A stretch of DNA of 59,786 nucleotides, filler included, from 3 parts of 3 records of this genome joined end to end with filler, not necessarily neighbours in it; one strand, 5' to 3'. Shown: positions 28,347-39,070, counted from the first letter of the whole stretch. Notes: generated by a model from the letters alone, not told the origin. A program made the numbers and translations.

Positions 28347-29898
28347 ATGAACCCACAAGAACTGAAACAGCTTGAAGACGATCTGTGGCGAAGTGCTGAT
28401 ACGCTGAGGGCGAATTCCGACCTGAAATCCAGCGAGTATTCCACACCGGTGCTGGGACTGATTTTTCTAAAATTCGCCGACAACAATTATCGCCGGAATG
28501 AAAAGGCGATTATCGCACAATACGCCAAACTCCAGGGCACGCGGAGGGAAAAGCCGGTATCGGAAATCGCCATTGAAAAATGCGGGTTTTACTTGCCGGA
28601 TCACGCCCGTTACGATTCCCTGCTCAAGCTGCCGGAGGAGCAGGATATCGCCAAGGCCATCAAAAAAGCCATGGAGGCCATTGAAGATTATAAGCCGGAA
28701 CTCAAAGGTATACTGCCCCAGGAGGAATATTTCAGGCTCACCCGCACCGACAAATCCATTCCCATACAATTGCTGAAAAACTTCTCCAACATTCCCGAAG
28801 ATGCGGCCGGAGATATGTTCGGGCAGATCTATGAGTATTTTCTGGGCAACTTTGCCATGGCCGAAGGCCAGGGAGGTGGGGAGTTTTTCACCCCGCGCTC
28901 GGTGGTGCGGTTGATGGTGGAGATTATCGAGCCCCATCGCGGTACGGTATTTGACCCGGCCTGTGGCTCGGGCGGGATGTTTGTGCAGTCGGCTAAATTT
29001 ATCGAGCGGCATCGCCATGAGATGGCCAACGGCAATGGGGATTTGTTCGTCTACGGTCAGGAAAAGACACTGGAAACGGTCAAGCTGGCCAAGATGAACC
29101 TGGCGGTAAACGGGCTTCGCGGCGACATTCGACAGGCCAACACCTACTATGAGGATCCTTTCGAGAGTTTCGGGCAGTTTGATTATGTGTTGACCAATCC
29201 GCCCTTTAATGTGGACGACGTGAGCCTTAAACGGGTGGAGACAGACAAACGTTTCAACACATACGGCATCCCCCGCAAGAAAACCAAAGCCAAGAAAAAG
29301 GACCAGGGCAACGAGACCGTTCCCAATGCCAACTATTTGTGGATCAACCTGTTTGCCACATCTCTCAAACCGGAGGGGAGAGCGGCATTGGTCATGGCCA
29401 ATTCGGCCTCCGATGCCCGCCACTCCGAGGCGGAAATCTGTAAAACCCTGATCAAAAACAACTTGATCTACGGCATGCTGACCCTCCCTTCCAACATGTT
29501 CTATACGGTTACCCTGCCGGCCACCTTGTGGTTTTTCGATCGTTCAAAAAAGGATAAACGGATTCTTTTCATCGATGCCAGAAACATTTTTACACAAATT
29601 GACCGCGCCCACCGTGAATTTTCCGATGAACAGATTCGTAATATTGCTGTCATAAGCCATCTGCGTCGGGGCAAGCGCCACGAGTTCATAGCCCTCATGG
29701 ACCACTACCTTGAAACGGGCATGAAACAACTGGTTGAAAGCAAGGTACAGGTGGAAACGGTGTCTGCGCAACTGGAGGATGTTCTGGACGGCAATGGCGG
29801 CAAGGAAACGGCAGCCGATCTGGTAAAAAAGTGGTCGGATCTTAAAGTGCTCGAAACCCGATACGACCGATACCTGCAACAGAAGGGCAAGGAATCCT
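28347..29898 (+). CDS. hsdM: Type I restriction-modification methyltransferase subunit, 3'-truncated at the contig end
   Basis: LWRSADTLRANS, YEYFLGNFAMAEGQGGGEFFTPRSVVRLMV, VFDPACGSGGMF (motif I), TNPPFN (m6A motif IV), LFIDAR. Confidence 0.93.
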
Positions 29899-29998
29899 NN
29901 NNNNNNNNNNNNNNNNNNNNNNNNNNNNNNNNNNNNNNNNNNTTAATTAATTAANNNNNNNNNNNNNNNNNNNNNNNNNNNNNNNNNNNNNNNNNNNN
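29899..29998. other. Artificial contig linker
   Basis: N44-TTAATTAATTAA-N44 (stops in all six frames); composition and gene content change across it. Confidence 0.97.
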
Positions 29999-30030
29999 TT
30001 TATGTAAACCTATTTCAGGACAAGACATCT

Positions 30031-30079
30031 TACTTCCTACTTCCTACTTCCTACTTCCCACTTCCTACTTCCCACTCCC
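30031..30079. repeat. Heptamer tandem repeat (TACTTCC) x7
   Basis: tacttcc x4, cacttcc, tacttcc, cactccc. Confidence 0.9.
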
Positions 30080-30135
30080 CCGATCTAACAACTAAACGCC
30101 TATCTTCGCAGCCGTTTTCCGAAAAAAAATATTTG

Positions 30136-32001
30136 ATGAATATCCTGACTGTTGAAAATATTTCCAAAGCCTATGGCGAAAAGCTGCTCTTCGAAAATTT
30201 ATCTTTGGGGATAGCTGCCGGCCAAAAGATTGCACTGATTGCCCGAAATGGAACCGGTAAATCCAGCCTCATAAAAATTATGACAGGTATGGAAGAACCC
30301 GATTCGGGGCAAATCTCCAAAGGGAATGACATCAGGATATCATACCTGCCCCAAAATCCCGAAATGGATCCCGAAGCCACGGTTTTGGATTACTTATTTG
30401 ATTCTGATAATCAAGTCACGAAACTGGTATACAGCTACAATATGCTAACCTCCGGTATGATAACCGATGAGGCCGAAAGTACGGAGATCATGAACCGGAT
30501 GGATGAGTTGCATGCCTGGAATTTTGAAGCAAAAATCAGGGAAATCCTGGGAAAGTTTAGTATCAACAAACTGGATCAAAAAGTGAGGGAACTTTCAGGA
30601 GGGATGCGTAAAAAAGCTGCCCTTGCCAAAGCACTCATCGAAGAATCCGACCTGATAGTAATGGACGAACCCACCAACCACCTGGATGTGGTTACCATCG
30701 AATGGCTCGAAAACTACTTAAAAAGACAAAACCTGGCCGTGTTCCTGGTGACCCACGACCGCTACTTTCTGGATAATGTGTGCGATGAAATCCTGGAACT
30801 CGACAACCAGGCCATTTATAAATATCGTGGCAACTACACCTACTTTCTGGAGAAGCGTGAAGAACGGCTGGCCCTCGAAAAGACCGAAATAGAAAAAGCC
30901 CGTTCACTGTATAAAACCGAACTGGAATGGATGCGCAGGATGCCCCAGGCACGTGCCACCAAAGCCAAAGCCCGCGAAGATGCTTTTTATAAAATCGAAG
31001 AAAAAGCCCATCAGTCGCTGGACGGTGAAAACAAAGGTTTTGATGTGGATATGCACCGTTTGGGAGGTAAGGTGCTGGAGTTGAATAACATTGAAAAAAC
31101 CTACGACCGGCAAAAAATCCTGCAGGATTTCACCTACATCTTTAAAAAAGGTGACCGTATTGGTTTGATTGGCAGAAATGGCGTTGGGAAAAGTACGCTT
31201 TTGGAAATCATTATGGGAAACACCAAACCGGACAGCGGAAAAATTGTGGTTGGAAAAACCGTGGAATTTGGCTACTTCAGGCAGGAAGGGCTTCCGATAA
31301 AAGAAGACAAGCGCATCATTGATATCGTGAAAGACATCGCAGAACATGTGGAATGGAAAAAGGGCAGCATGTCGCCGGCGCAGTTCCTGTCCTATTTTAA
31401 CTTCCAAACAAATATTCACTACAATTATTTTTCGAGCCTGAGTGGCGGTGAAAAACGGAAATTATACCTGCTCACTGTCCTGCTACGAAAACCCAACTTT
31501 CTCATCCTTGACGAGCCTACCAACGATCTTGATATTGAAACGCTGAACAAACTGGAAGAGTTTCTGCAGAGTTTTAACGGGTGCCTGATGGTTGTATCGC
31601 ACGACCGGTATTTTATGGATCACATGGTGGAACACATTTTTGCTTTTGAAGGTGATGGCAGGATTAAAGACTATTGGGGCAATTATTCGGAATATGCCAG
31701 ATTGCGAAAATTAAATGAAAAGTCTCCGGCTAAAGCTGAACCAAAATCAACGGCAAAAAAAAGTGCTAAACCTAAAAAACCATCCAATAAACCCACCTAC
31801 AAACAGCTGAAGGAATACGAAATCCTGGAAGTGGAGATTGCAGATTTGGAAGAAAAAAAAGAAGCGCTGTTGCAGAAAATGAACAGTGGCCGAGGTAACC
31901 CGGATGAGTTAAGGGAATGGTCTGAAGCATTTGAAAATGTTACGAAAGAGATCGATGAGAAATCGGATCGATGGCTGGAATTAAGCGAACTGATGGAGTG
32001 A
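30136..32001 (+). CDS. ABC-F family ATPase (Uup-like)
   Basis: Two ABC domains (ARNGTGKSS...LSGG...DEPTNHLD; GRNGVGKST...LSGGEKRKL...DEPTNDLD), no TM segments, C-terminal coiled coil ending RWLEL. Confidence 0.92.
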   Translation: MNILTVENISKAYGEKLLFENLSLGIAAGQKIALIARNGTGKSSLIKIMTGMEEPDSGQISKGNDIRISYLPQNPEMDPEATVLDYLFDSDNQVTKLVYSYNMLTSGMITDEAESTEIMNRMDELHAWNFEAKIREILGKFSINKLDQKVRELSGGMRKKAALAKALIEESDLIVMDEPTNHLDVVTIEWLENYLKRQNLAVFLVTHDRYFLDNVCDEILELDNQAIYKYRGNYTYFLEKREERLALEKTEIEKARSLYKTELEWMRRMPQARATKAKAREDAFYKIEEKAHQSLDGENKGFDVDMHRLGGKVLELNNIEKTYDRQKILQDFTYIFKKGDRIGLIGRNGVGKSTLLEIIMGNTKPDSGKIVVGKTVEFGYFRQEGLPIKEDKRIIDIVKDIAEHVEWKKGSMSPAQFLSYFNFQTNIHYNYFSSLSGGEKRKLYLLTVLLRKPNFLILDEPTNDLDIETLNKLEEFLQSFNGCLMVVSHDRYFMDHMVEHIFAFEGDGRIKDYWGNYSEYARLRKLNEKSPAKAEPKSTAKKSAKPKKPSNKPTYKQLKEYEILEVEIADLEEKKEALLQKMNSGRGNPDELREWSEAFENVTKEIDEKSDRWLELSELME

Positions 32002-32162
32002 AAAAAGCTTTGAGCTATGGGTAATGAGCTTGCCTCGCCGACGACGGGTTAGGAGTTCTGAATTACGCATTTTGAGTCGGGTTTAATTGATGACTGAAAT
32101 TAAAAGGTGAGGATTTTTATCCTCTTTTCAGAAAAATAGCTTACCGTAAAAGAATTGATACA

Positions 32163-32272
32163 AATAAAAAACGCCGCGGGGGTTGCGGCGCTTTTCTTTG
32201 CAATCAAAATCAGATACTAACTTAAATCAATTATGGGGAGAGGAAAATTTTAATTCGTTATTAATTCATGAA
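32163..32272 (-). ncRNA. Candidate sigma54-dependent small RNA
   Basis: Minus-strand TGGCACAGTTTTAGA (32297-32283) lies about 100 nt upstream of a terminator with a T6 tail on the minus strand; no meaningful ORF in between. Confidence 0.35.
32166..32195. terminator. Bidirectional intrinsic terminator
   Basis: AAAAAA-CGCCGC-gggggtt-GCGGCG-CTTTT. Confidence 0.75.
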
Positions 32273-32423
32273 TATTGAATTTTCTAAAACTGTGCCAAAT
32301 ATCTTTTTAAACTAATTATCAATAAGTTAGACCAAAGCAAAAAAACTTACCCAGCTAAATGTGTTCATTTTTAAAAACAGCCGTACGTTAACGGACACAC
32401 AAAAGTTTGCCTGAATTTTCGAC

Positions 32424-32431
32424 TAATTTTG
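32424..32431 (+). promoter_or_regulatory. Bacteroidota -7 promoter element
   Basis: TAATTTTG (TAnnTTTG), 4 nt before the ATG at 32436. Confidence 0.65.
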
Positions 32432-32435
32432 CACC

Positions 32436-33317
32436 ATGACCAACCAGAATAAATCATATGCTTTTGCACTTACAGCCATTCTGTTTTGGTCCACAATCGG
32501 ATCTGCATTAAAAATCACACTGCGTTTTATTTCATTTCCCGAACTGTTGTTTTATGCAGCGGCCACCTCCCTTGTTTTGCTGTTCTTATTTCTGGCCTTC
32601 ACTAAAAAACTAACCAAACTTAAGCACCTAAGCATTGGGGATTTCAAACGGGCAGCGTTACTGGGGCTAATCAATCCGTTTTTGTATTATCTGGTTTTAC
32701 TGAAAGCGTATAACCTTTTGCCTGCGCAGGAAGCTGGCACCCTGAACTATATCTGGCCGGTCGTTCTTGTCATTCTTTCCATCCCGTTGCTCAAACAAAA
32801 AATTGGATTTGTCAGCCTTCTGGCAATTTTGATCAGTTTCCTTGGGACAATAATTATCGCCACACGTGGAAATTTGCTCAGCCTGGAGTTTGGTAATCCG
32901 CTTGGTGTAGGCCTTGCGCTGGGAAGTGCCATTTTTTGGGCACTCTTTTGGATTTACAATGTAAAAGACAAAAAAGATGAAACCATCAAACTCTGCCTCA
33001 ATTTCGCTTTCGGACTGGTTTACATTTTTAGTTATCTGTTATTCACGAACGGATTTAACGCTGTACAATTCTATGGCCTGGCAGGTTCCATATACACCGG
33101 AATTTTCGAGATGGGCCTCACATACATACTATGGCTCAAAGCCATGAAATATGCCAAAACCACAGCTAAAATCTCTAACCTGGTTTTCTTGTCGCCCTTC
33201 ATTTCATTGATATTCATACGTTATGCTGTTGGGGAAAACATTTTACCATCAACGATTATTGGATTGGTTTTTATCGTGAGCGGAATTTTAATGCAACGGT
33301 TTTTTGTCAAATCATAA
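32436..33317 (+). CDS. DMT/EamA family transporter
   Basis: About 10 TM helices in two repeats; LNYIWPVVLVILSIPLLKQK; LVFLSPFISL...GE. Confidence 0.88.
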   Translation: MTNQNKSYAFALTAILFWSTIGSALKITLRFISFPELLFYAAATSLVLLFLFLAFTKKLTKLKHLSIGDFKRAALLGLINPFLYYLVLLKAYNLLPAQEAGTLNYIWPVVLVILSIPLLKQKIGFVSLLAILISFLGTIIIATRGNLLSLEFGNPLGVGLALGSAIFWALFWIYNVKDKKDETIKLCLNFAFGLVYIFSYLLFTNGFNAVQFYGLAGSIYTGIFEMGLTYILWLKAMKYAKTTAKISNLVFLSPFISLIFIRYAVGENILPSTIIGLVFIVSGILMQRFFVKS

Positions 33318-33335
33318 AATTTAACCGATTAAATA

Positions 33336-33343
33336 TAGTTTTG
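33336..33343 (+). promoter_or_regulatory. Bacteroidota -7 promoter element (lgt operon)
   Basis: TAGTTTTG followed by CACC, upstream of lgt. Confidence 0.55.
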
Positions 33344-33400
33344 CACCTGTCTGATTGAGTTATTTAAATAAGTCCATCACCCACATTCCAAACATCAATT

Positions 33401-34567
33401 GTGTATCCAAGAATAAGTGACCTCATCAACGACCTGCTTGGCACCAGCATCATGTTACCGGTGCAGACCTACGGATTTTTTGTTGCCCTTGCTTTTTTTG
33501 CTGCCGGGCTAATCGTTTATTTTGAACTTCGCCGTAAGGAAAAATCGGGGCTGATACCCGCTACTTCAAAACAGGTTTTAAAAGGAGCCCCGCCCAAACT
33601 GAGCGAATACCTGGTTACCGGGTTGCTCTATTTCATTATTGGATTTAAAGGCGGGGCTATCATCCTTAATTATGATCAGTTTGCAGCAAACCCCCAGGAA
33701 TATATCATGTCAGGGAATGGCAATTGGCTGATTGGTTTGATCCTGGCAGCAGCGATGGTGGGTTACATTTATTACAGGGGCCAAAAACAAAAACTCGACA
33801 AACCAGTTCGCGAAGAAGTAACCGTACACCCTGCACAACTCACACCTGCCATTGTTTTGATAGCGGCAATAAGCGGCATCCTTGGTGCCAAAATTTTCGA
33901 TCTTGTTGAGCATCTCGATGACTTTTTCAGGGATCCGGTTGGATCGTTGTTTTCATTCAGCGGACTTACATTTTATGGTGGACTGATTGTTGCGACCTTT
34001 GCAGTGGCCTGGTATGGCGAAAGAAATAAAATTAAATGGCCTGTTCTTGCCGATTCGGTAGCGCCTGCTCTTTTGCTTGCATATGCCATTGGCCGGATAG
34101 GGTGCCAACTATCAGGCGATGGTTGTTGGGGCATTCCAAACACAGAACCCAAACCAGAATGGCTTACATTTCTCCCCGACTGGATGTGGGGATTTACCTT
34201 CCCGCACAATGTGATTAAAGAAGGTGTTCCGATAGCTGGTTGCGATGGTGATTTTTGTTATGAATTGGGCCAGCCGGTTTTCCCGACTTCGTTTTACGAA
34301 ACCACACTGAGCCTGGTATTTTTCCTGGTGCTTTGGTTCATAAGAAAGCGGCTCGCCATTCCCGGGATGCTGGCATCAATTTACCTGATACTGAATGGCA
34401 CCGAACGGTTCCTGATCGAATTTATCAGGGTGAACATTCAATATACCCTTGCAGGAACCCATGCTTCACAGGCACAATTTATTGCCATTGGTATCATCCT
34501 GCTAGGCGTATTCGGCATCATTTATTTCAAAAAAATTCACCCCGGATTCTTAAATAAAAACGTATGA
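33401..34567 (+). CDS. lgt: Prolipoprotein diacylglyceryl transferase
   Basis: TYGFFVA, GLTFYGGLI, YAIGRIGCQLSGDG, FPTSFYE, ERFLIEFIRVN, SQAQ. Confidence 0.88.
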   Translation: MYPRISDLINDLLGTSIMLPVQTYGFFVALAFFAAGLIVYFELRRKEKSGLIPATSKQVLKGAPPKLSEYLVTGLLYFIIGFKGGAIILNYDQFAANPQEYIMSGNGNWLIGLILAAAMVGYIYYRGQKQKLDKPVREEVTVHPAQLTPAIVLIAAISGILGAKIFDLVEHLDDFFRDPVGSLFSFSGLTFYGGLIVATFAVAWYGERNKIKWPVLADSVAPALLLAYAIGRIGCQLSGDGCWGIPNTEPKPEWLTFLPDWMWGFTFPHNVIKEGVPIAGCDGDFCYELGQPVFPTSFYETTLSLVFFLVLWFIRKRLAIPGMLASIYLILNGTERFLIEFIRVNIQYTLAGTHASQAQFIAIGIILLGVFGIIYFKKIHPGFLNKNV

Positions 34568-35355
34568 ACCTGCAACAATTAACCCTTCAGGTGGCCAACC
34601 TGGCCCGCTCTACCGGCAAAATATTAAAAGATGAGTTGTCGAAATTTTCGGTTGACGCTGTTGAAACCAAAGGCCTGCATGACTTTGTTTCGTATGTAGA
34701 TAAAAACACTGAAAAAATTCTTATCGGGGAACTTGGCAAAATCCTACCCGTTGCCGGATTTATAGCAGAAGAAAACCAGGAGATGAAAAAAGCTGACAGG
34801 TTAAACTGGGTCATCGATCCATTGGATGGTACCACCAATTTCATACATGGCATCCCGGTGTTTTCGATCAGTATAGCCTTGCTGGATAGAGATGAAGTAA
34901 TCTCCGGGGTAGTTCATGAGGCCAACCTTGAAGAATGTTTTTACGCCTGGAAAAAGAGCGCGGCATATTTAAACGGCAAAGAAATTAAGGTGAGCCAGTC
35001 CGCTAAGATTAGCGACAGTCTTTTAGCAACAGGCTTTCCGTATTACGACTATTCTAAGCTTGAGCCTTACCTTAAAATGTTTACACACCTGCTTCAACAT
35101 TCGCATGGTGTGCGCCGGTTGGGCTCGGCAGCTGTTGATCTGGCCTATGTTGCATGTGGCCGTTTCGAGGGATTTTATGAATACGGCTTAAACGCATGGG
35201 ATGTGGCTGCCGGCACACTTATCGTTAAGCAGGCAGGAGGAACAATTTCTGATTTTGATGGTGGAAAGGATTACATATTCGGCAGAGAATTACTGGCAAC
35301 CAACACACTGATCCATAATGAATTTCTTTCGGAACTGAAAAAATATTTTGCCTGA
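34564..35355 (+). CDS. suhB: Inositol monophosphatase family protein
   Basis: DFVSYVD, WVIDPLDGTTNFIHG, ATGFPY, RRLGSAAVDLAYVACGRF, WDVAAG. Confidence 0.9.
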   Translation: MNLQQLTLQVANLARSTGKILKDELSKFSVDAVETKGLHDFVSYVDKNTEKILIGELGKILPVAGFIAEENQEMKKADRLNWVIDPLDGTTNFIHGIPVFSISIALLDRDEVISGVVHEANLEECFYAWKKSAAYLNGKEIKVSQSAKISDSLLATGFPYYDYSKLEPYLKMFTHLLQHSHGVRRLGSAAVDLAYVACGRFEGFYEYGLNAWDVAAGTLIVKQAGGTISDFDGGKDYIFGRELLATNTLIHNEFLSELKKYFA

Positions 35356-35406
35356 AAACGATTTTAGATTAATATTGTAACAGCAACCAATCCACCGGCG
35401 CGAAAA

Positions 35407-35781
35407 ATGCAGGAAACAATTTCCGACAAACACAAATTGAGCGATCCACAGGAAGATTTATCTGTTGTGGAAAACACCAAGGATAGCCCAACGCGAAGTA
35501 TACTTAAGGCCATCAGCTGGCGCTTTATTGCATCAGGCACCACATTTATTGTAAGCTTTATCATATTCAGGAACACAACAGACCAAACCATGAATGAGGT
35601 TCTTGAAACAGCCTGGTACATAACCGTTGTTGAGTTTTCAGCCAAAATCATCATTTATTACCTCCACGAACGCATGTGGACAAACATCAGGTGGGGAAAA
35701 TACTGGAGAAAAAATTACTGGCAACGCAGAGGGTGGAAGAGGCTTTACCGAAAAATGCATCAGGAGCAAAACATAAATTAA
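35407..35781 (+). CDS. DUF2061-like small membrane protein
   Basis: RSILKAISWRFIA...KIIIYYLHERMW..I.WG. Confidence 0.8.
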   Translation: MQETISDKHKLSDPQEDLSVVENTKDSPTRSILKAISWRFIASGTTFIVSFIIFRNTTDQTMNEVLETAWYITVVEFSAKIIIYYLHERMWTNIRWGKYWRKNYWQRRGWKRLYRKMHQEQNIN

Positions 35782-35816
35782 TCTGGCTTGTTAAAAATTC
35801 TATCGAAACACTACCA

Positions 35817-37190
35817 ATGAAGATATTCCGACATATACAAATGGTTTTGATGATGCTCATTTTTGCAGCCTCATCCAACCTTAATGCAGAGAATCCATTT
35901 GCTGATTCTTCCAAAACTTACCGGATCTATAAATTCGACATCAAGGAAGAAATCGCGCCACCGGTCTGGCATATTACTAAAAATTCCATAAAGGAAGCAA
36001 AAGATACGGCTGCCGATTTGATCCTGATTCACATGAATACATATGGAGGGATGGTTGAAACCGCCGACTCCATCCGAACGGCGATTTTGCAATCACCTAT
36101 TCCGGTTTGGGTTTTTATCGACAATAATGCTGCATCGGCAGGAGCACTCATTTCGATTGCCTGCGACAGTATATACATGAGGTCGGGAGCCAATATTGGA
36201 GCAGCAACGGTTGTCAACCAAACCGGGGAAGCCGTTCCGGATAAATACCAGTCGTACATGCGTTCGATGATGCGCTCTACGGCCGAGACCAATGGCCGCG
36301 ACCCTAAAATTGCAGAAGGCATGGTAGATCCGCGAATCAAAATTCCAGGCGTTTCCGATTCAGGACGGGTTATTACTTTTACCACCAGCGAGGCCATCAA
36401 GAATGGCTTTTGTGAAGGCGCAGCGGAAAGCATCCCGGAGTTGTTGGAAAATGCCGGAATTGAAAATTATAAGATGATCAGGTTTGAACTTTCAACCACT
36501 GATCGCATCATCCGGTTTTTGATTAACCCTATTGTTTCAGGTGTGCTGATCATGATTATCATTGGAGGCATTTATTTCGAATTGCAATCGCCCGGCATTG
36601 GTTTCCCGATCGGGGCGTCGATTATTGCAGCAATGCTATATTTTGCACCTTTATACATTGAGGGGCTTGCTGCCAACTGGGAGATTATCATCTTTATTAT
36701 CGGTGTTATTCTGGTTGCTGTTGAGATCTTTGCTATACCGGGGTTTGGCGTGGCCGGGATTTCGGGTATTACGCTTATCGTTGCAGGCCTTGCCCTGAGT
36801 ATGATCGACAATATCGGTTTCGAAATGGGCTCTTTTCCTGTTGGCGAACTGGTTTCTGCAATTTTCATCGTGGTCATTGCATCGTTCTTATCACTCATTG
36901 GATCCATCCTACTCAGCCAAAAAGTGTTTTCTACCGAATCCAGGTTTTTTGGAGGACTTGCCCTGGCTACCACCCAGGAAAAATCAGATGGCTTCACTTC
37001 AGCGGTTAGTACCTATTCATCCATGATCGGCCAGGAAGGAATATCAAAAACTGTTTTACGTCCTTCCGGTAAAATACTCATTGAGGATGAAACCTACGAC
37101 GCCACAGCAGAATCAGGATACATCGACAAGGGGGAAGCAGTAAAAGTAACCCGCTATATGAACACACAGCTGTTTGTTAGAAAAATTTAA
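35817..37190 (+). CDS. nfeD: NfeD-family protein (ClpP-like domain, TM region, OB fold)
   Basis: MNTYGGMV, NNAASAGALI, IGAATVV, EIFAIPGFGVAGISG, TVLRPSGK; likely start ATG 35817. Confidence 0.88.
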   Translation: MKIFRHIQMVLMMLIFAASSNLNAENPFADSSKTYRIYKFDIKEEIAPPVWHITKNSIKEAKDTAADLILIHMNTYGGMVETADSIRTAILQSPIPVWVFIDNNAASAGALISIACDSIYMRSGANIGAATVVNQTGEAVPDKYQSYMRSMMRSTAETNGRDPKIAEGMVDPRIKIPGVSDSGRVITFTTSEAIKNGFCEGAAESIPELLENAGIENYKMIRFELSTTDRIIRFLINPIVSGVLIMIIIGGIYFELQSPGIGFPIGASIIAAMLYFAPLYIEGLAANWEIIIFIIGVILVAVEIFAIPGFGVAGISGITLIVAGLALSMIDNIGFEMGSFPVGELVSAIFIVVIASFLSLIGSILLSQKVFSTESRFFGGLALATTQEKSDGFTSAVSTYSSMIGQEGISKTVLRPSGKILIEDETYDATAESGYIDKGEAVKVTRYMNTQLFVRKI

Positions 37191-37267
37191 TACCCTCCTG
37201 AATTTAAATCACTGCTTACCAAACATATAGAACCATCCGGCAAACGGAATGTTTTGAATTTTTGTAT

Positions 37268-37275
37268 TACCTTTG
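37268..37275 (+). promoter_or_regulatory. Bacteroidota -7 promoter element (prfA)
   Basis: TACCTTTG followed by CGCCC. Confidence 0.6.
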
Positions 37276-37302
37276 CGCCCACAAAATTTTTGAGGAACCC
37301 AT

Positions 37303-38382
37303 ATGCTTGAAAAACTCGAAGCAATAAAAACCCGCTACAAGGATATTGAGAGTCAAATGAACCAACCGGAAGTTATTTCGGACATGAAGCGGTTTATTCA
37401 GCTTAACAAAGATTATAAAGACCTCCAGCCCATTATTGAGGGGTACGAGGAGCTAAAAAATATCACCAGCAACATCGAAACTGCCAGAGACGTCATCAAA
37501 AACGAGAAGGATGAAGAATTCAGGACGATGGCCAAGGAAGAGCTTACTGAACTCACCAAACGTCAGGAAGACCTGGAAGAAGAAATCCGATTGATGCTCA
37601 TCCCTGCCGACCCCCAGGACAGCAAGAACTCGATTGTTGAGATCAGGGCCGGAGCCGGCGGTGATGAAGCCAGTATTTTTGCAGGCGACCTGTACCGCAT
37701 GTACCAGAAATTCTGCGAAACCAAAGGCTGGAAAGTGGAAGGCGTTGATGCCACTGAAGGCACAGTCGGCGGATTTAAAGAGATCATTTTTAATGTGATC
37801 GGAGAAAATGTTTACGGCCAGCTTAAATATGAATCGGGGGTACACCGTGTGCAGCGCGTTCCCCAAACGGAAACACAGGGCCGTGTGCATACATCGGCGG
37901 CATCGGTAGCCATCCTGCCCGAGGCTGACGAATTTGATATTGACCTCAAACAAAGCGACATCCGTAAAGACCTCTTTTGTTCTTCAGGACCCGGCGGCCA
38001 ATCGGTAAACACCACCTATTCTGCCGTTCGTTTAACACACATCCCTACAGGCATCGTTGCCACATGTCAGGACCAAAAATCCCAGATTAAAAATTATCAG
38101 AAAGCACTGTCTGTTTTGAGGACCAGGATCTTTGAAATGGAATACCAGAAATACCTCGACGAGATTGCCTCAAAGCGGAAAACAATGGTTTCGACCGGCG
38201 ACCGCTCGGCCAAGATCCGGACATATAACTATCCTCAGGGTCGCGTAACCGATCACCGCATCGGATTGACCATGTATAACCTACAGGCCATCATTGACGG
38301 TGACATCCAGGAAATAATAGACCAACTTCAACTTGCCGAAAATGCTGAACGTCTTAAGGCAGAAGTTGAAACCACATCCTGA
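37303..38382 (+). CDS. prfA: Peptide chain release factor 1
   Basis: [27 protein letters not shown] (PxT), [27 protein letters not shown]. Confidence 0.96.
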   Translation: MLEKLEAIKTRYKDIESQMNQPEVISDMKRFIQLNKDYKDLQPIIEGYEELKNITSNIETARDVIKNEKDEEFRTMAKEELTELTKRQEDLEEEIRLMLIPADPQDSKNSIVEIRAGAGGDEASIFAGDLYRMYQKFCETKGWKVEGVDATEGTVGGFKEIIFNVIGENVYGQLKYESGVHRVQRVPQTETQGRVHTSAASVAILPEADEFDIDLKQSDIRKDLFCSSGPGGQSVNTTYSAVRLTHIPTGIVATCQDQKSQIKNYQKALSVLRTRIFEMEYQKYLDEIASKRKTMVSTGDRSAKIRTYNYPQGRVTDHRIGLTMYNLQAIIDGDIQEIIDQLQLAENAERLKAEVETTS

Positions 38383-38432
38383 TAAATCAGGAATTTTATG
38401 AACCTATCGAAATAATTAAATAACTGAATCCA

Positions 38433-39035
38433 ATGGAATATAACACTCAGCGCGAACATCTTATCATACCTGAATATGGCAGAAACCTGCAAAAAATTGT
38501 TCAGGTTGCTGTGAACACCGAAGATCGCAACAAACGAACTCAAATTGCCTACATGATCGTGGATATCATGGCCCAACTTAACAATAAGGTGAAGGATTCA
38601 CCCGAACTGCGTCATAAATTATGGGACCATTTACATATCATTTCAGATTTCAAACTAGATGTTGACGGGCCATTTCCTCCCCCCGACAGCGAAATACTCA
38701 CAAAGAATCCCGAGCGCCTGAACTATCCTAAGAAAGATATGCGCTACAGCTACTACGGAAAAAATATCGAGATGATCATCGATAAAATTGCTGATACTGA
38801 GGATCTTGAAAACAAACCCGCTATTGCAAAAATTATCGCAAATCATCTTAAAAAAGCCTACCTCATCTGGAACCGCGATTCGGTTGATGATAACCTGATA
38901 AAAAGACATTTGGATGATCTCTCGCATGGGAACCTAACCCTGAGCGAAGATGATCAATTGATCAGCACCTATGAAGTGGTTGGTAAACCCAAAAAGAAAA
39001 TGATCCCGAAAAAGAAAAAAGGCAAGAAAAACTAA
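38433..39035 (+). CDS. DUF4290-like protein
   Basis: MEYNTQREHLIIPEYGRNLQK...HKLWDHL...YYGKNI; the usual Bacteroidota neighbour of murA. Confidence 0.8.
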   Translation: MEYNTQREHLIIPEYGRNLQKIVQVAVNTEDRNKRTQIAYMIVDIMAQLNNKVKDSPELRHKLWDHLHIISDFKLDVDGPFPPPDSEILTKNPERLNYPKKDMRYSYYGKNIEMIIDKIADTEDLENKPAIAKIIANHLKKAYLIWNRDSVDDNLIKRHLDDLSHGNLTLSEDDQLISTYEVVGKPKKKMIPKKKKGKKN

Positions 39036-39070
39036 TCTTTTCATCGCAAACCCAAAATACTCAGGTTTTT

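Noticed and set aside
4803-29423. Long antisense ORFs (4803-5786, 13484-14245, 18062-19159, 24520-25797, 26574-27626, 28467-29423)
   Set aside because: Each is the shadow of a well-supported gene on the opposite strand and has no recognisable motifs.
29943-29954. TTAATTAATTAA as a biological palindrome or as the hsdM stop
   Set aside because: It is embedded in N runs and repeated identically at 54341; it is an assembly or concatenation linker.
35676-35816. N-terminal extension of the NfeD ORF
   Set aside because: It overlaps the DUF2061-like gene; the signal-peptide-like sequence starts at ATG 35817.
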